From Pseudomonas sp. ABC1 (lineage in GTDB: Bacteria; Pseudomonadota; Gammaproteobacteria; Pseudomonadales; Pseudomonadaceae), in the NCBI RefSeq assembly GCF_013395055.1, contig NZ_CP058349.1, positions 596,630 to 628,629 of the forward strand: 32,000 nucleotides of DNA, written 5' to 3'. Below, piece by piece: positions 1-8,600 of the stretch. Position numbers and translations under genes: made by a program. The notes beneath the pieces are model-generated. The model did not search any database. It saw only the letters and a program-made list of their open reading frames with translations, and had not been told where the DNA came from. Numbering within the stretch: position 1 is the first letter of the stretch; every line of letters starts with the position of its first letter.

Positions 1-197
1 TGGATGCATACCTGAGTGGTTTCTCCGGTGGCGCAATCAGCAGCGCAAGCGACATCAGCGTCATCAACAGCTACCTGAGCGCCAACGGCAGCAGCGTGTC
101 GTTCGACTACTACGCTACCGCACCGAGCAGCTTCTCCTCGGTCGAGGCGTCGACTGCATTCGCAGAAGTCGAAAGCGACCTCCTGCTGGCCGCGTAA
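1..197 (+). CDS. 3' end of a type I-secreted protein, HasA hemophore-like C-terminus (5' part outside window)
   Basis: Frame 3 is open from position 3 to TAA at 195-197. My own translation is DAYLSGFSGGAISSASDISVINSYLSANGSSVSFDYYATAPSSFSSVEASTAFAEVESDLLLAA*. It ends in an acidic residue followed by hydrophobic residues (D-LLLAA), like the T1SS C-terminal signals of HasA (recalled as ...ELLAA in Serratia and ...DLALAA in P. aeruginosa). The visible part has no GGxGxD RTX repeats and is Ser/Ala-rich. A cognate T1SS lies directly downstream. Confidence 0.45.
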   Translation, partial: DAYLSGFSGGAISSASDISVINSYLSANGSSVSFDYYATAPSSFSSVEASTAFAEVESDLLLAA

Positions 198-284
198 GCA
201 GCCATTCCAGAAATGCAAGAGGTTTGACCGGAAAAGTGGTGGTGATTTTCTAGCGGGAAGATCCACCACTTGACCGGGTAGTAC

Positions 285-318
285 CGGGGCCTGGTGCTTT
301 TTGGCCAGGCTCCGTTTT
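285..318 (+). terminator. Rho-independent terminator/attenuator after the secreted-protein gene
   Basis: A 10-bp GC-rich stem (285-294 CGGGGCCTGG pairing with 305-314 CCAGGCTCCG, one G-U pair) has a 10-nt loop and is followed by TTTT (315-318). It lies 88 nt after the stop codon and upstream of the ABC gene. Confidence 0.55.
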
Positions 319-442
319 CCGGAAGCCGTCGATTTTAGCGGTTTACGGAACCACCTGCAAAAACAAGCTGCAGGCAGATTTCGGCTTTCCCCGTTTTTAT
401 GGGGAGGGGGATTTTTTTTCCGTAAAAAGGGCTGGTGATGTA

Positions 443-2245
443 ATGACGGCGGGCAAATCCCGGCCGGCAGAGGGTGCGCACGGTGAATTGGCCCGTGCTC
501 TGCTGACCTACAAACGCAGTTTCGTACATATCGGCGTGTTCTCGGGCGTCATCAATATCCTGATGCTGGCTCCGGCGCTGTACATGCTGCAAGTGTATGA
601 CCGGGTACTGGCCTCCGGCAATGAGATGACCCTGCTGATGCTCACCGTCATCCTGCTGGGCATGTATGCCCTGATGGGCGCACTGGAGTGGGTACGCTCC
701 CTGGTGGTGCTGCGTCTGGGCACCGGGTTTGACCGCAAGCTGGCCCCGCGCATCTACGACGCGGCTTTCAGCGCCAACCTCAAGACCGGCAAGCTCAATG
801 CCGCACAGCCGCTGGATGATTTGCAGCAGCTGCGCCAGTTCGCCACCGGCCAATCGCTGTTCGCGCTGTTCGATGCGCCCTGGTTCCCGGTGTATGTGCT
901 GGTGATGTTCTATTTCCACCCGGCACTGGGCTGGTTCGCCCTGGGCGGCACCGTGGTGCTGATGGGTGTGGCCTGGCTCAATGAGCGGGTCAGCCGCCCG
1001 CACCTGAAAAAAGCCGGAGAACTGGCGATCAATTCCCGCCGCGATGCCGGGGCCAACCTGCGCAATGCCGAGGTGATTGCCGGTATGGGCATGCTGGCCA
1101 ATCTGCGCCGCCGCTGGGCCGAGCAGCACCTGGGCTATGTGCGTGAGCAAAACCTGGCCAGCGCCCGTATGGCGAAGATCCAGGGCTGGAACAAGGCGCT
1201 GCGCATGGCAGTGCAATCGCTGGCGCTGGGTCTAGGTGCCTGGCTGGTGCTGGAAAACCAGATGACGGCGGGCATGATGATTGCCGGCTCCATCCTGCTG
1301 GGCCGCGCCCTGGCACCCATCGACCAGATCATGGGTGCGTCACGCCAATGGACGCAGGTGAAGGAAGCGGAACGCCGCCTGAGCCAGTTGCTCGGTGACT
1401 TTCCGCCGCTGGCCAAGGGCATGGACTTCCCAAGGCCAGCAGGCAACCTGGTGGTCGAGCAGTTGCTGGCCGCCCCGCCCAGCCAGACCCAGCCGGTGCT
1501 GCATGGCATCAACTTCAAGCTGAACGCTGGTGAAGCCCTGGTGGTGATCGGCCCGTCCGGCGCGGGCAAGACCACACTGGCCCGCTGCCTGGTCAACGCC
1601 TGGCCGCCGCTGCGCGGCAAGGTGCGGCTGGACAGCGCCCCGCTCGACCAATGGCGCCCGGAGGCTCTGGGCGCGTTGGTCGGCTACCTGCCACAGGACG
1701 TGCAACTGTTCGCGGGCACCGTGGCCGAGAACATCGCCCGCTTCGGTGAGGTGAATGAGGCCAAGGTGATTGCCGCCGCGCAGATGGCGGGCGTGCATGA
1801 GCTGATTCTGCAACTGCCCGAGGGCTATCAGACCCGCCTGGGCGAAAACGGCATGGGCCTGTCTGGCGGGCAGCGCCAGCGTGTGGGCCTGGCCCGTGCC
1901 CTGTACGGCGAGCCGTGCCTGGTGGTGCTGGACGAACCCAACGCCAACCTCGACGAAGCCGGTGACGTCATGCTGGCCAAGGCCATCGGCCGCATGAAAG
2001 AAGCAGGCATCACTCTCGTGCTGATTACGCACAAACCCAACATCCTCAAGCAGGCCGACAAGCTGCTGATCTTGCACGCCGGCGCCCAGGCTGACTTTGG
2101 CCCGATGACCGAGGTGATGCAGCGCATGCAACGCGGTGCCCAGCCAAGGCCAACTTCCGGGCAGCCCCAACCACAGCAACGGGTCATGCCCATTCCCTCC
2201 TATGGGGCCGCGATGAACTTTGCGCAACGCAAGGAGGGAGCATGA
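443..2245 (+). CDS. Type I secretion system ABC transporter (PrtD/AprD/HasD family, no C39 peptidase domain)
   Basis: The 600-aa product has an N-terminal TMD with the ALYMLQVYDRVL motif typical of this family. It carries Walker A GPSGAGKTT, ABC signature LSGGQRQRVGLARAL and Walker B LVVLDEPNANLD. Its stop overlaps the next start (ATGA at 2242-2245). Confidence 0.9.
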   Translation: MTAGKSRPAEGAHGELARALLTYKRSFVHIGVFSGVINILMLAPALYMLQVYDRVLASGNEMTLLMLTVILLGMYALMGALEWVRSLVVLRLGTGFDRKLAPRIYDAAFSANLKTGKLNAAQPLDDLQQLRQFATGQSLFALFDAPWFPVYVLVMFYFHPALGWFALGGTVVLMGVAWLNERVSRPHLKKAGELAINSRRDAGANLRNAEVIAGMGMLANLRRRWAEQHLGYVREQNLASARMAKIQGWNKALRMAVQSLALGLGAWLVLENQMTAGMMIAGSILLGRALAPIDQIMGASRQWTQVKEAERRLSQLLGDFPPLAKGMDFPRPAGNLVVEQLLAAPPSQTQPVLHGINFKLNAGEALVVIGPSGAGKTTLARCLVNAWPPLRGKVRLDSAPLDQWRPEALGALVGYLPQDVQLFAGTVAENIARFGEVNEAKVIAAAQMAGVHELILQLPEGYQTRLGENGMGLSGGQRQRVGLARALYGEPCLVVLDEPNANLDEAGDVMLAKAIGRMKEAGITLVLITHKPNILKQADKLLILHAGAQADFGPMTEVMQRMQRGAQPRPTSGQPQPQQRVMPIPSYGAAMNFAQRKEGA

Positions 2246-3603
2246 GCACGACGATGAACATGGACGCCTCTTCACTGGACGCCGACCTGATCGACCCCAA
2301 GGATGATCTGCTGTCGGTGGATGACCGCCACTTTGTGCGGCTGGGCTGGCTGATCGTGCTGGTCGGCGTGGTGGGTTTTCTCGGCTGGGCCATGCTGGCA
2401 CCGCTGGATGCCGGCGTGCCCGTAGAGGCCAAGGTGGTGGTCAGCGGCAACCGCAAGGCGGTGCAGCCCATTACGGGCGGCAAGGTGCAACGCATTCTGG
2501 TCACTGAGGGCCAGCGGGTCACAGAAGGCCAGGTGCTGGTGGTACTGGAGCCGAATGTGGCGAGCAACCAACTGGATTCCTTGCAGTTCCAGTTTCTCAG
2601 CAGCCTGGCGACGGAGAACCGCCTGATGGCCGAACGGGACGGCCTGGGCAATATCCGCTTCGACGATCGCCTGCTGCAAGCCGAGCGTGACGGCAATTTG
2701 CAGGCGGCAGAAATTATTCAGGCGCAGCGGCAGTTGTTCGACAGCCGCCGCAGTGCCCAGCAGGCCACCCTGGGCGGCCTGGAGGCGACTTTGCGCGGCC
2801 TGCGCGAGCAGCGCGACAGCCTGCAACGCATTCTGCAATCGCGCCGCAGCCAGCGCGAGACCTTTGAGCGGCAACTGGCCGGGCAGCGCTCTTTGGCCGA
2901 TGACGGCCTGCTGGCACGCAATCGCTTGCTGGAGTCCGAACGCCAATACCTGCAACTGGCTGGCTCCGTGGCCGATGACCAGGGCCGTCTGGCGCAGTTG
3001 CAGGGCCAGGTGCAGGAGTACCAGTTGCGCCTGATTCAGCAGCGTGAGGATTACCAGAAGGAACTGCGCACCGCACTGGCCGAAACCCGCACGCGCACCG
3101 CGGACCTCGGCTCGCGCTTGGACAGCGCGCAGTACGAAGTGACCAACATGCAGATCGTCGCGCCCACCGAGGGCATCGTGGCGGGCCTGGCGGTGTTTAC
3201 CCAGGGCGGCGTGGTCAGCGCCGGCGACAAGCTGATGGACATCGTGCCGCTGGACCAGCCCTTGCTGGTGGAAGGCCGCCTGCCGGTGCAGGAAGTGGAC
3301 AAGGTGCAAACCGGCCAGCCGGTAGAGCTGGAGTTTGCCGCCTTCAACCGATCTTCCACCCCCAAGCTGCCGGGCACGGTCAAGACCGTTTCCGCTGACC
3401 GCCTGGAAGACCCGCAGGGCATGCCGTACTACCACATTGAAATCAGTGTGGATGACCTGAACAGCCGCGAGGTATTGCCGGGCCTGCAATTGCAGCCGGG
3501 CATGCCGGTGACCGCCTTCGTCAAGACCGGGGAACGCACCATGATGAGCTACCTGCTCAAACCGCTGCGTGACCGTACCCGTCTGGCACTGACGGAGGAA
3601 TGA
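2242..3603 (+). CDS. Type I secretion periplasmic adaptor (HlyD/AprE/HasE family membrane fusion protein)
   Basis: The 453-aa product has a single N-terminal TM (LGWLIVLVGVVGFLGWAML) and a long Q/R/L-rich coiled-coil centre. The C-terminal block PGMPVTAFVKTGERTMMSYLLKPL is typical of the family. AGGAGG lies upstream of the ATG, and the stop overlaps the next start. Confidence 0.9.
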   Translation: MSTTMNMDASSLDADLIDPKDDLLSVDDRHFVRLGWLIVLVGVVGFLGWAMLAPLDAGVPVEAKVVVSGNRKAVQPITGGKVQRILVTEGQRVTEGQVLVVLEPNVASNQLDSLQFQFLSSLATENRLMAERDGLGNIRFDDRLLQAERDGNLQAAEIIQAQRQLFDSRRSAQQATLGGLEATLRGLREQRDSLQRILQSRRSQRETFERQLAGQRSLADDGLLARNRLLESERQYLQLAGSVADDQGRLAQLQGQVQEYQLRLIQQREDYQKELRTALAETRTRTADLGSRLDSAQYEVTNMQIVAPTEGIVAGLAVFTQGGVVSAGDKLMDIVPLDQPLLVEGRLPVQEVDKVQTGQPVELEFAAFNRSSTPKLPGTVKTVSADRLEDPQGMPYYHIEISVDDLNSREVLPGLQLQPGMPVTAFVKTGERTMMSYLLKPLRDRTRLALTEE

Positions 3604-5078
3604 TGAGCCGCAGTCACACACTTAAGCTGATCATTGTCGCGCCCCTCGCGTTCTATCTGTACGTCGACGGCATGCCTACGGTATTGGCCCAAGACATGCA
3701 CTCCCCCGCCTCCCCTTTGCATCAATTGCAAATGGCATCACCACAGCAAGGTGTTGGGCTGGCATCAACCGCCTTGGCCAGCCAGTCGCAATCGCTCGAT
3801 CTGGTTCAGGCTTATGAGCGCATGTTGCTCAATGACCCGCTGGTACTGGGTGCCCGCGCGGCCCGTGACGCCGGGCGGGATAGCGGCAACATAGCCCGTG
3901 CCGCCTTGTTGCCACAGGCTTCGATCAACTACTTGCGCAACCGTACCAACCAGACCGAGTACTACGACAGCACGACGGCGGCTGGCAGACAAAGCATCGA
4001 AGACAGTTTCTACGGCCGCCGCGCCGGCCTGACCATCGAGCAAACGCTGTTCGACTACTCTGCCATCAGCACCTACCGCATGGGCAAGACCCAGGCCGAA
4101 TATGCCGAGGTGCAGTACCGCTTGCAGTTCCAGCAGCAGGCCGTGGCCCTGATCGACGCCTACCTGAATGCCTTGTTGGCCCGCGATTCGCTGGAACTGG
4201 CCCGCCAGCAGTTGCGCGTGTACCAGGACATGCTGCGCGGCAACGAACGAATGATGGCCCAGGGTGAAGGCACCCGCATCGACATTCTGGAGACTCGCAC
4301 TCAGCTTGGCGCTACCCAATCCGAGCTGGTGACCTATGAAAATGCTTTGGCCGACCGATTGCGCGAGCTTTCGGCGCTGTTGGGCGGATCGGTCCATGCC
4401 CATGAGCTGCTGGAGATCAACCAGACAGCCATGTTGCCCGCCTTGCCCGATGGCGATCTGGCGGTATTGCTGGGCGATGCCCAGCAGCAGAACCCGGAGG
4501 TCCAGGCCGCACGCCTGGCGGTGCGCTACAACGACTTGACCGTGGAGCGCGAGAAAGGCCAGTTCATGCCGCGCGTGTCGCTGTATGCCTCCCATGAGCG
4601 CATCGTTTCGGACACCATCAACAACAAGGGCCGCGACTACAAGAGCAACACCATCGGCCTGCAAGTCTCGATTCCGTTGTTCAGCGGCGGCTCCAGCTAC
4701 TACAGCACGCGCCAGGCCAGCAACCGGCTGACCCAGGCCCGTTATGACCTGGAGCGCACCACCCAGACCACCGCCACCACCCTGGAGCAGTACTACCGGG
4801 TGTTTGCCACCAGCACCGAGCGCGTGAGCACGCTGCGCCAGAACGTGGCCGACAGCGCGGCGCTGGTCGATGCCATGCGCAAGAGCGTGGCCGGTGGAGA
4901 ACGCACCAATACCGATGCCCTGCATGCCGAGCGCCAGTCCTACCAGGCCCGGCAGGCCTTGCTGCGCACCTATGTGGAGTGGTTTCAGGCCTACGCCAAG
5001 CTGCAGTTCTATGCCGGACGGTTCTCGGAGGACGACGTGCTGGTGTTGAACCGCCATTTGGTGGCCCAGAGGCCATGA
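3600..5078 (+). CDS. Type I secretion outer membrane factor, TolC/AprF/HasF family
   Basis: The 492-aa product has a hydrophobic N-terminal leader (LIIVAPLAFYLY...VLAQD) and a duplicated TolC-like helical/beta repeat structure (LDLVQAYERML..DP ... and a second half with PEVQAARLAV...). The true start may be the second ATG at 3603, because GGAGG is at 3594-3598. Confidence 0.85.
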   Translation: MMSRSHTLKLIIVAPLAFYLYVDGMPTVLAQDMHSPASPLHQLQMASPQQGVGLASTALASQSQSLDLVQAYERMLLNDPLVLGARAARDAGRDSGNIARAALLPQASINYLRNRTNQTEYYDSTTAAGRQSIEDSFYGRRAGLTIEQTLFDYSAISTYRMGKTQAEYAEVQYRLQFQQQAVALIDAYLNALLARDSLELARQQLRVYQDMLRGNERMMAQGEGTRIDILETRTQLGATQSELVTYENALADRLRELSALLGGSVHAHELLEINQTAMLPALPDGDLAVLLGDAQQQNPEVQAARLAVRYNDLTVEREKGQFMPRVSLYASHERIVSDTINNKGRDYKSNTIGLQVSIPLFSGGSSYYSTRQASNRLTQARYDLERTTQTTATTLEQYYRVFATSTERVSTLRQNVADSAALVDAMRKSVAGGERTNTDALHAERQSYQARQALLRTYVEWFQAYAKLQFYAGRFSEDDVLVLNRHLVAQRP

Positions 5079-5120
5079 ACATGTGTTGAAGCTGTTTTGA
5101 TCGGATTAAGGAGTGGTTCG

Positions 5121-5573
5121 ATGAGTGATATGCGTGAGGCCAGATGGCTGTTGCAGGAAGCGAAGCTCAAAAGCAGCCTCGCGCGCCTGAAGATTCTTGC
5201 CGCCATGTTGCGTCTGGCGGCTCCCGGGGCATGGGTTCAGCACGCGGCACTGCATGCGGAACTGGTTCGATCAGGCTCTCCCATGCCGCGCTTCAGCATG
5301 TACCAGACGCTCCGGCGCATGGCATTGAGGGATGTGTTGGTCAAGGGAGCACCAGGCCACTATGGCTTGGCCCGCAAGTTGGCGACGGGTTTGCTCGAAG
5401 TCCGTGCCCAGACCGACCTTCATGACCTTCTTGCCCGTACAGACAAACCCGAAATAGAGACCCGCCCTGTGCTGCGTACGCGTGCCAGGCGCATCGGGCC
5501 ATATACAGGGGGGCCACGCCTATTGCGGTCGTTCTGGCTCACATCTCGCCTGCAAGCCGGAGGCGAACACTAA
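5121..5573 (+). CDS. Small winged-helix DNA-binding protein, Fur-like N-terminal domain only (no metal-binding half)
   Basis: I prefer the ATG at 5121 (AAGGAG at 5108-5113, 7-nt spacing) over the ORF-track start at 5097. Residues LQEAKLKSSLARLKILAAML...HAALHAELVRSG.PMPRFSMYQTLRRMALRDVLVK align by eye with the Fur DNA-binding domain pattern (LKxAGLKxTxPRLKIL...SAEDLYxxL....ISLATVYRxLxxFxxAGIV). The C-terminal ~70 aa are Arg-rich and lack HHxH/CxxC motifs. Confidence 0.55.
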   Translation: MSDMREARWLLQEAKLKSSLARLKILAAMLRLAAPGAWVQHAALHAELVRSGSPMPRFSMYQTLRRMALRDVLVKGAPGHYGLARKLATGLLEVRAQTDLHDLLARTDKPEIETRPVLRTRARRIGPYTGGPRLLRSFWLTSRLQAGGEH

Positions 5574-5667
5574 TCACGCTTGACGCCGAGGGTTGGGCGC
5601 TGGTTGGCAATTGATCGCACAGCTCCACGACCCTTCTTTGTTCATAGATTTAAAGGAGACGGTTCTG

Positions 5668-8600
5668 ATGACGGAAACGGTGCAGACCAGAAAAGACGAG
5701 ACGCAGCAGGTGGATGAGGCATTGCGCCAAGAGGTCGCAGCCGATCTCGGGATGCCGCCAGACGAACTGGACGCTGATGCCAGCTTCCTCAAGCTGGGCC
5801 TGGATTCGATGCGCTTGATGGCCTGGATGCATCGCCTGCGCAAACGCGGACACAAGGTGAAGCTGCGGGACTTGTACCAGCAACCGACCTTGAGAGGCTG
5901 GAGCCAGTTGCTACGTGAGCGCCCAGCCGTGGCCGGGAACGGCACAGCCAAGGTGCAGGAACCGGAGATTTCCGTCTCTCGATCCTGGCCGACCATGGCC
6001 GATGGGCAGTCTTTCCCACTGACACCCGTACAGCATGCCTATCTGGTGGGCCGTGCGCCGCACCAGACGCTGGGCGGCGTGGGTTGCCATCTGTACCAGG
6101 AGTTCGACGGCCGGGGCCTGGATGCCGATACCCTGGAACAGGCCATTGGTGCTTTGATCGAACGTCACCCGATGTTGTTGGTGACTTTTCTGGACGATGG
6201 CCGTCAGCAGCGGCGCCCCGAGACGCGCTGGCGCGGCTTGACCCTGCACGATCTGCGCACAGCCTCTTCTGCGGAGTGCCAAACGCATTTACAGGCCATG
6301 CGTGAACGGCACGGTCACCGGGTTCTGGCAGTCGAACGGGGTGAGAACTTCGATTTTCAGCTCACCTTGCTGCCCGACGGTCATCACAGACTGCACGCAG
6401 ACATTGACCTGCTGGTGTTGGATGCCGCTAGTTTCAGCCTGGTTTTCGAGGAGTTGGCGGCACTGATACGCGGACAGCACCTGCCCGCCGTAAGCACCGA
6501 CTACGACTTTCGCAGCTATCTGGCGCAGACTGACCAGGAAAATGCGTCGATCAGACAGCAATCCAGTGAGTTTTGGCTGGAGCGCCTGGACAGCCTGCCA
6601 AATGCACCACAACTGCCCCTGGCCTGCGAACCAGAGCAGGTCAAACAGGTGCGTATTTCACGCCAGCGTGTGGAGATTCAGGCCGATGACTGGGCACGCT
6701 TCAAGGCTTGCGCAGGCGAGTATGGCGTAACGCCGACGATGGCGCTGGCCACTTGCTTCGGTGCTGTACTGGCACGCTGGTGCAGCCAACCGCGGCTTCT
6801 GTTGAATCTGACCCTGTTCGACCGCCAGCCACTGCATTCGGCCGTGGACGGCATGATTGCCGACTTCACCAATATCCTGTTGCTCGATATTGCGGGAGAA
6901 GGCGCGAATTTCGATACGTTGGCACAAACCAACCAGCAGACGTTCACCGATGCCTACGAACACCGACACTGGTCTGGCGTGGAGCTACTGCGTGAGTTGC
7001 GCAAAACACCGGGGGCTTACCCGCACGGGGCTCCAGTGGTGTTCACCAGCAATCTGGGGCGCCCGCTGTTCGGTCATGACGTAGAACGGACGCTGGGCGC
7101 TCCCGGCTGGGGAATTTCCCAGACACCCCAAGTCTGGATTGACCACTTGGCCTACGAACATGGCGGTTCGGTCTTCCTGCAATGGGACAGCAACGCAGCC
7201 CTGTTCCCGCCTGGCATGCTCGAAGCCATGTTCCAGGCTTACGTGGGGCTGGTGCGACATTTACTGGATCACCCGCAGGCCTGGCACGAGGCCTTGCCCG
7301 ATCCGATGCCACAAGCACAGCGGGACATACGCGCGCAGATCAATGCCTATAGTGACGAGCCAGCCCCCGAAGGGTTGCTGCATGCAGGTTTCTGGCTACA
7401 GGCGCAAAGCCAACCGGATGCCGTGGCGCTGATTCATGGCGAGCGCCGCCTGAGCTATGCCGAGTTGGCCCATCAGGCCCGTTGTTGCGCGGGCGCACTG
7501 GCAGCGCAAGGTGTCCAGCCGGGTGATCGGGTGGCAATCAGCATGTCCAAGGGGATCGGCCAGATCGTGGCCGTGCTGGGCATTCTCTATGCAGGTGCGG
7601 TGTACGTGCCTGTATCGCCGGATCAACCGCTGGAACGGCGGCGCACTATCTATCAGGGCGCGGGATCGCGACTGGTTTTAGTCTGCCGTGATGACGATTC
7701 ATCCGATGCGGTGGACGGCATCACTTTCCTGACCTGGGAGGACGCAACCGAACATGCGCCACTGGCCGGGCCGGCGGCAGTCGATGCCAATGAACCGGCA
7801 TACATCATCTATACCTCCGGCTCCACCGGCATGCCCAAGGGCGTAATCATTTCCCACCGAGGGGCGCTCAATACCTGCGTTGAGCTGAACCGGCGCTATG
7901 CCGTCTCGGCCAATGACCGGGTATTGGCACTGTCGGCGCTGCATTTTGATCTGTCGGTGTACGACATTTTCGGGCTGCTGTCGGCGGGAGGTGCCCTGGT
8001 ACTGGTCAACGAGTGCCAGCGACGTGACCCTGCATGCTGGTGCGAGGTGATCGAGCAGCACGGCGTGACGATCTGGAACACGGTTCCGGCCTTACTGGAC
8101 ATGTTGCTGACCTACAGCGAGGGCTTCGATCTCCAGGCACCTGCACACTTGCGAGCAGTCATGCTGTCAGGCGACTGGATTGGCCTGGATTTGCCTGGCC
8201 GTTACCGCGCGTTCCGCCCGGATGGGCAATTCATTGCCATGGGAGGGGCGACGGAGGCCTCCATCTGGTCCAACGTTTTCGACGTGGAGTCGGTAGCGCC
8301 TGAATGGCGCTCCATCCCTTACGGCTATCCACTGGCTCGACAAAAATACCGTGTTGCCGATACGCAAGGGCGCGATTGCCCGGACTGGGTTCCGGGAGAA
8401 CTGTGGATTGGCGGCGAAGGTGTGGCCTTGGGCTATTTCAACGACCCGGAGCGCACCGCTCAGCAGTTCGTGACATGGAGCGACGAACGCTGGTATCGCA
8501 CAGGCGATATGGGGTGCTACTGGCCGGATGGTCGGCTGGAATTTCTTGGCCGTCGGGACAAACAGGTCAAGGTGGGCGGCTACCGCATTGAGCTGGGCGA

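Noticed and set aside
251-260. AGCGGGAA, an 8-nt match to the tRNA-Gly 3' end (possible second att copy marking the island's left end)
   Set aside because: Only 8 of 18 nt match, and the match sits in the loop of a hairpin in an operon-internal gap. It is far too short to be an att repeat. No better match to TGGAGCGGGAAACGAGAC was seen by eye elsewhere in the non-coding parts of the window.
438-445. ATGTAATG: a minimal start-stop ORF (ATG-TAA) whose stop overlaps the ABC gene start codon
   Set aside because: It could be a start-stop regulatory element, but an 8-nt pattern without an SD of its own is easily chance. There is no way to support it from sequence alone.
335-5057. Long minus-strand ORFs antisense to the T1SS genes (335..1216, 1340..2401, 2272..3621, 3765..5057; 293-449 aa)
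   Set aside because: Their translations are low-complexity and rich in Arg, Ala, Gln and His, with no recognisable motifs. They fully overlap plus-strand genes that have clear family motifs. Such ORFs are typical antisense open frames in GC-rich DNA.
5097-5120. Upstream ATG (5097) for the Fur-like ORF
   Set aside because: The ATG at 5121 is preceded by AAGGAG at optimal spacing, whereas 5097 has none. This is a minor issue and is not experimentally decidable here.
5341-5580. Possibility that the Fur-like gene is a frameshifted full-length fur/zur pseudogene
   Set aside because: I translated the other two plus-strand frames downstream of the winged-helix part. One stops at 5423-5425 and the other at 5455-5457. 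The only Cys pair (CAAYAC) is not a Fur-type CxxC/HxH arrangement. No evidence for a displaced metal-binding domain was found.
5593-5667. ORF-track start of the HMWP2-like gene at 5593 (non-ATG, adds 25 aa MGAGWQLIAQLHDPSLFIDLKETVL)
   Set aside because: The ATG at 5668 has a strong AAGGAG 9 nt upstream and begins right before the ArCP domain. The upstream extension has no SD and would overlap likely leader sequence.
5079-5667. Fur box / iron-regulated promoter upstream of the Fur-like gene or irp2-like gene (e.g. TTGATCGGATTAA at ~5096-5108, GCAATTGATCGC at ~5607-5618)
   Set aside because: The matches to the GATAATGATAATCATTATC consensus are too poor to call by eye. This is left as a negative observation that needs a matrix scan.
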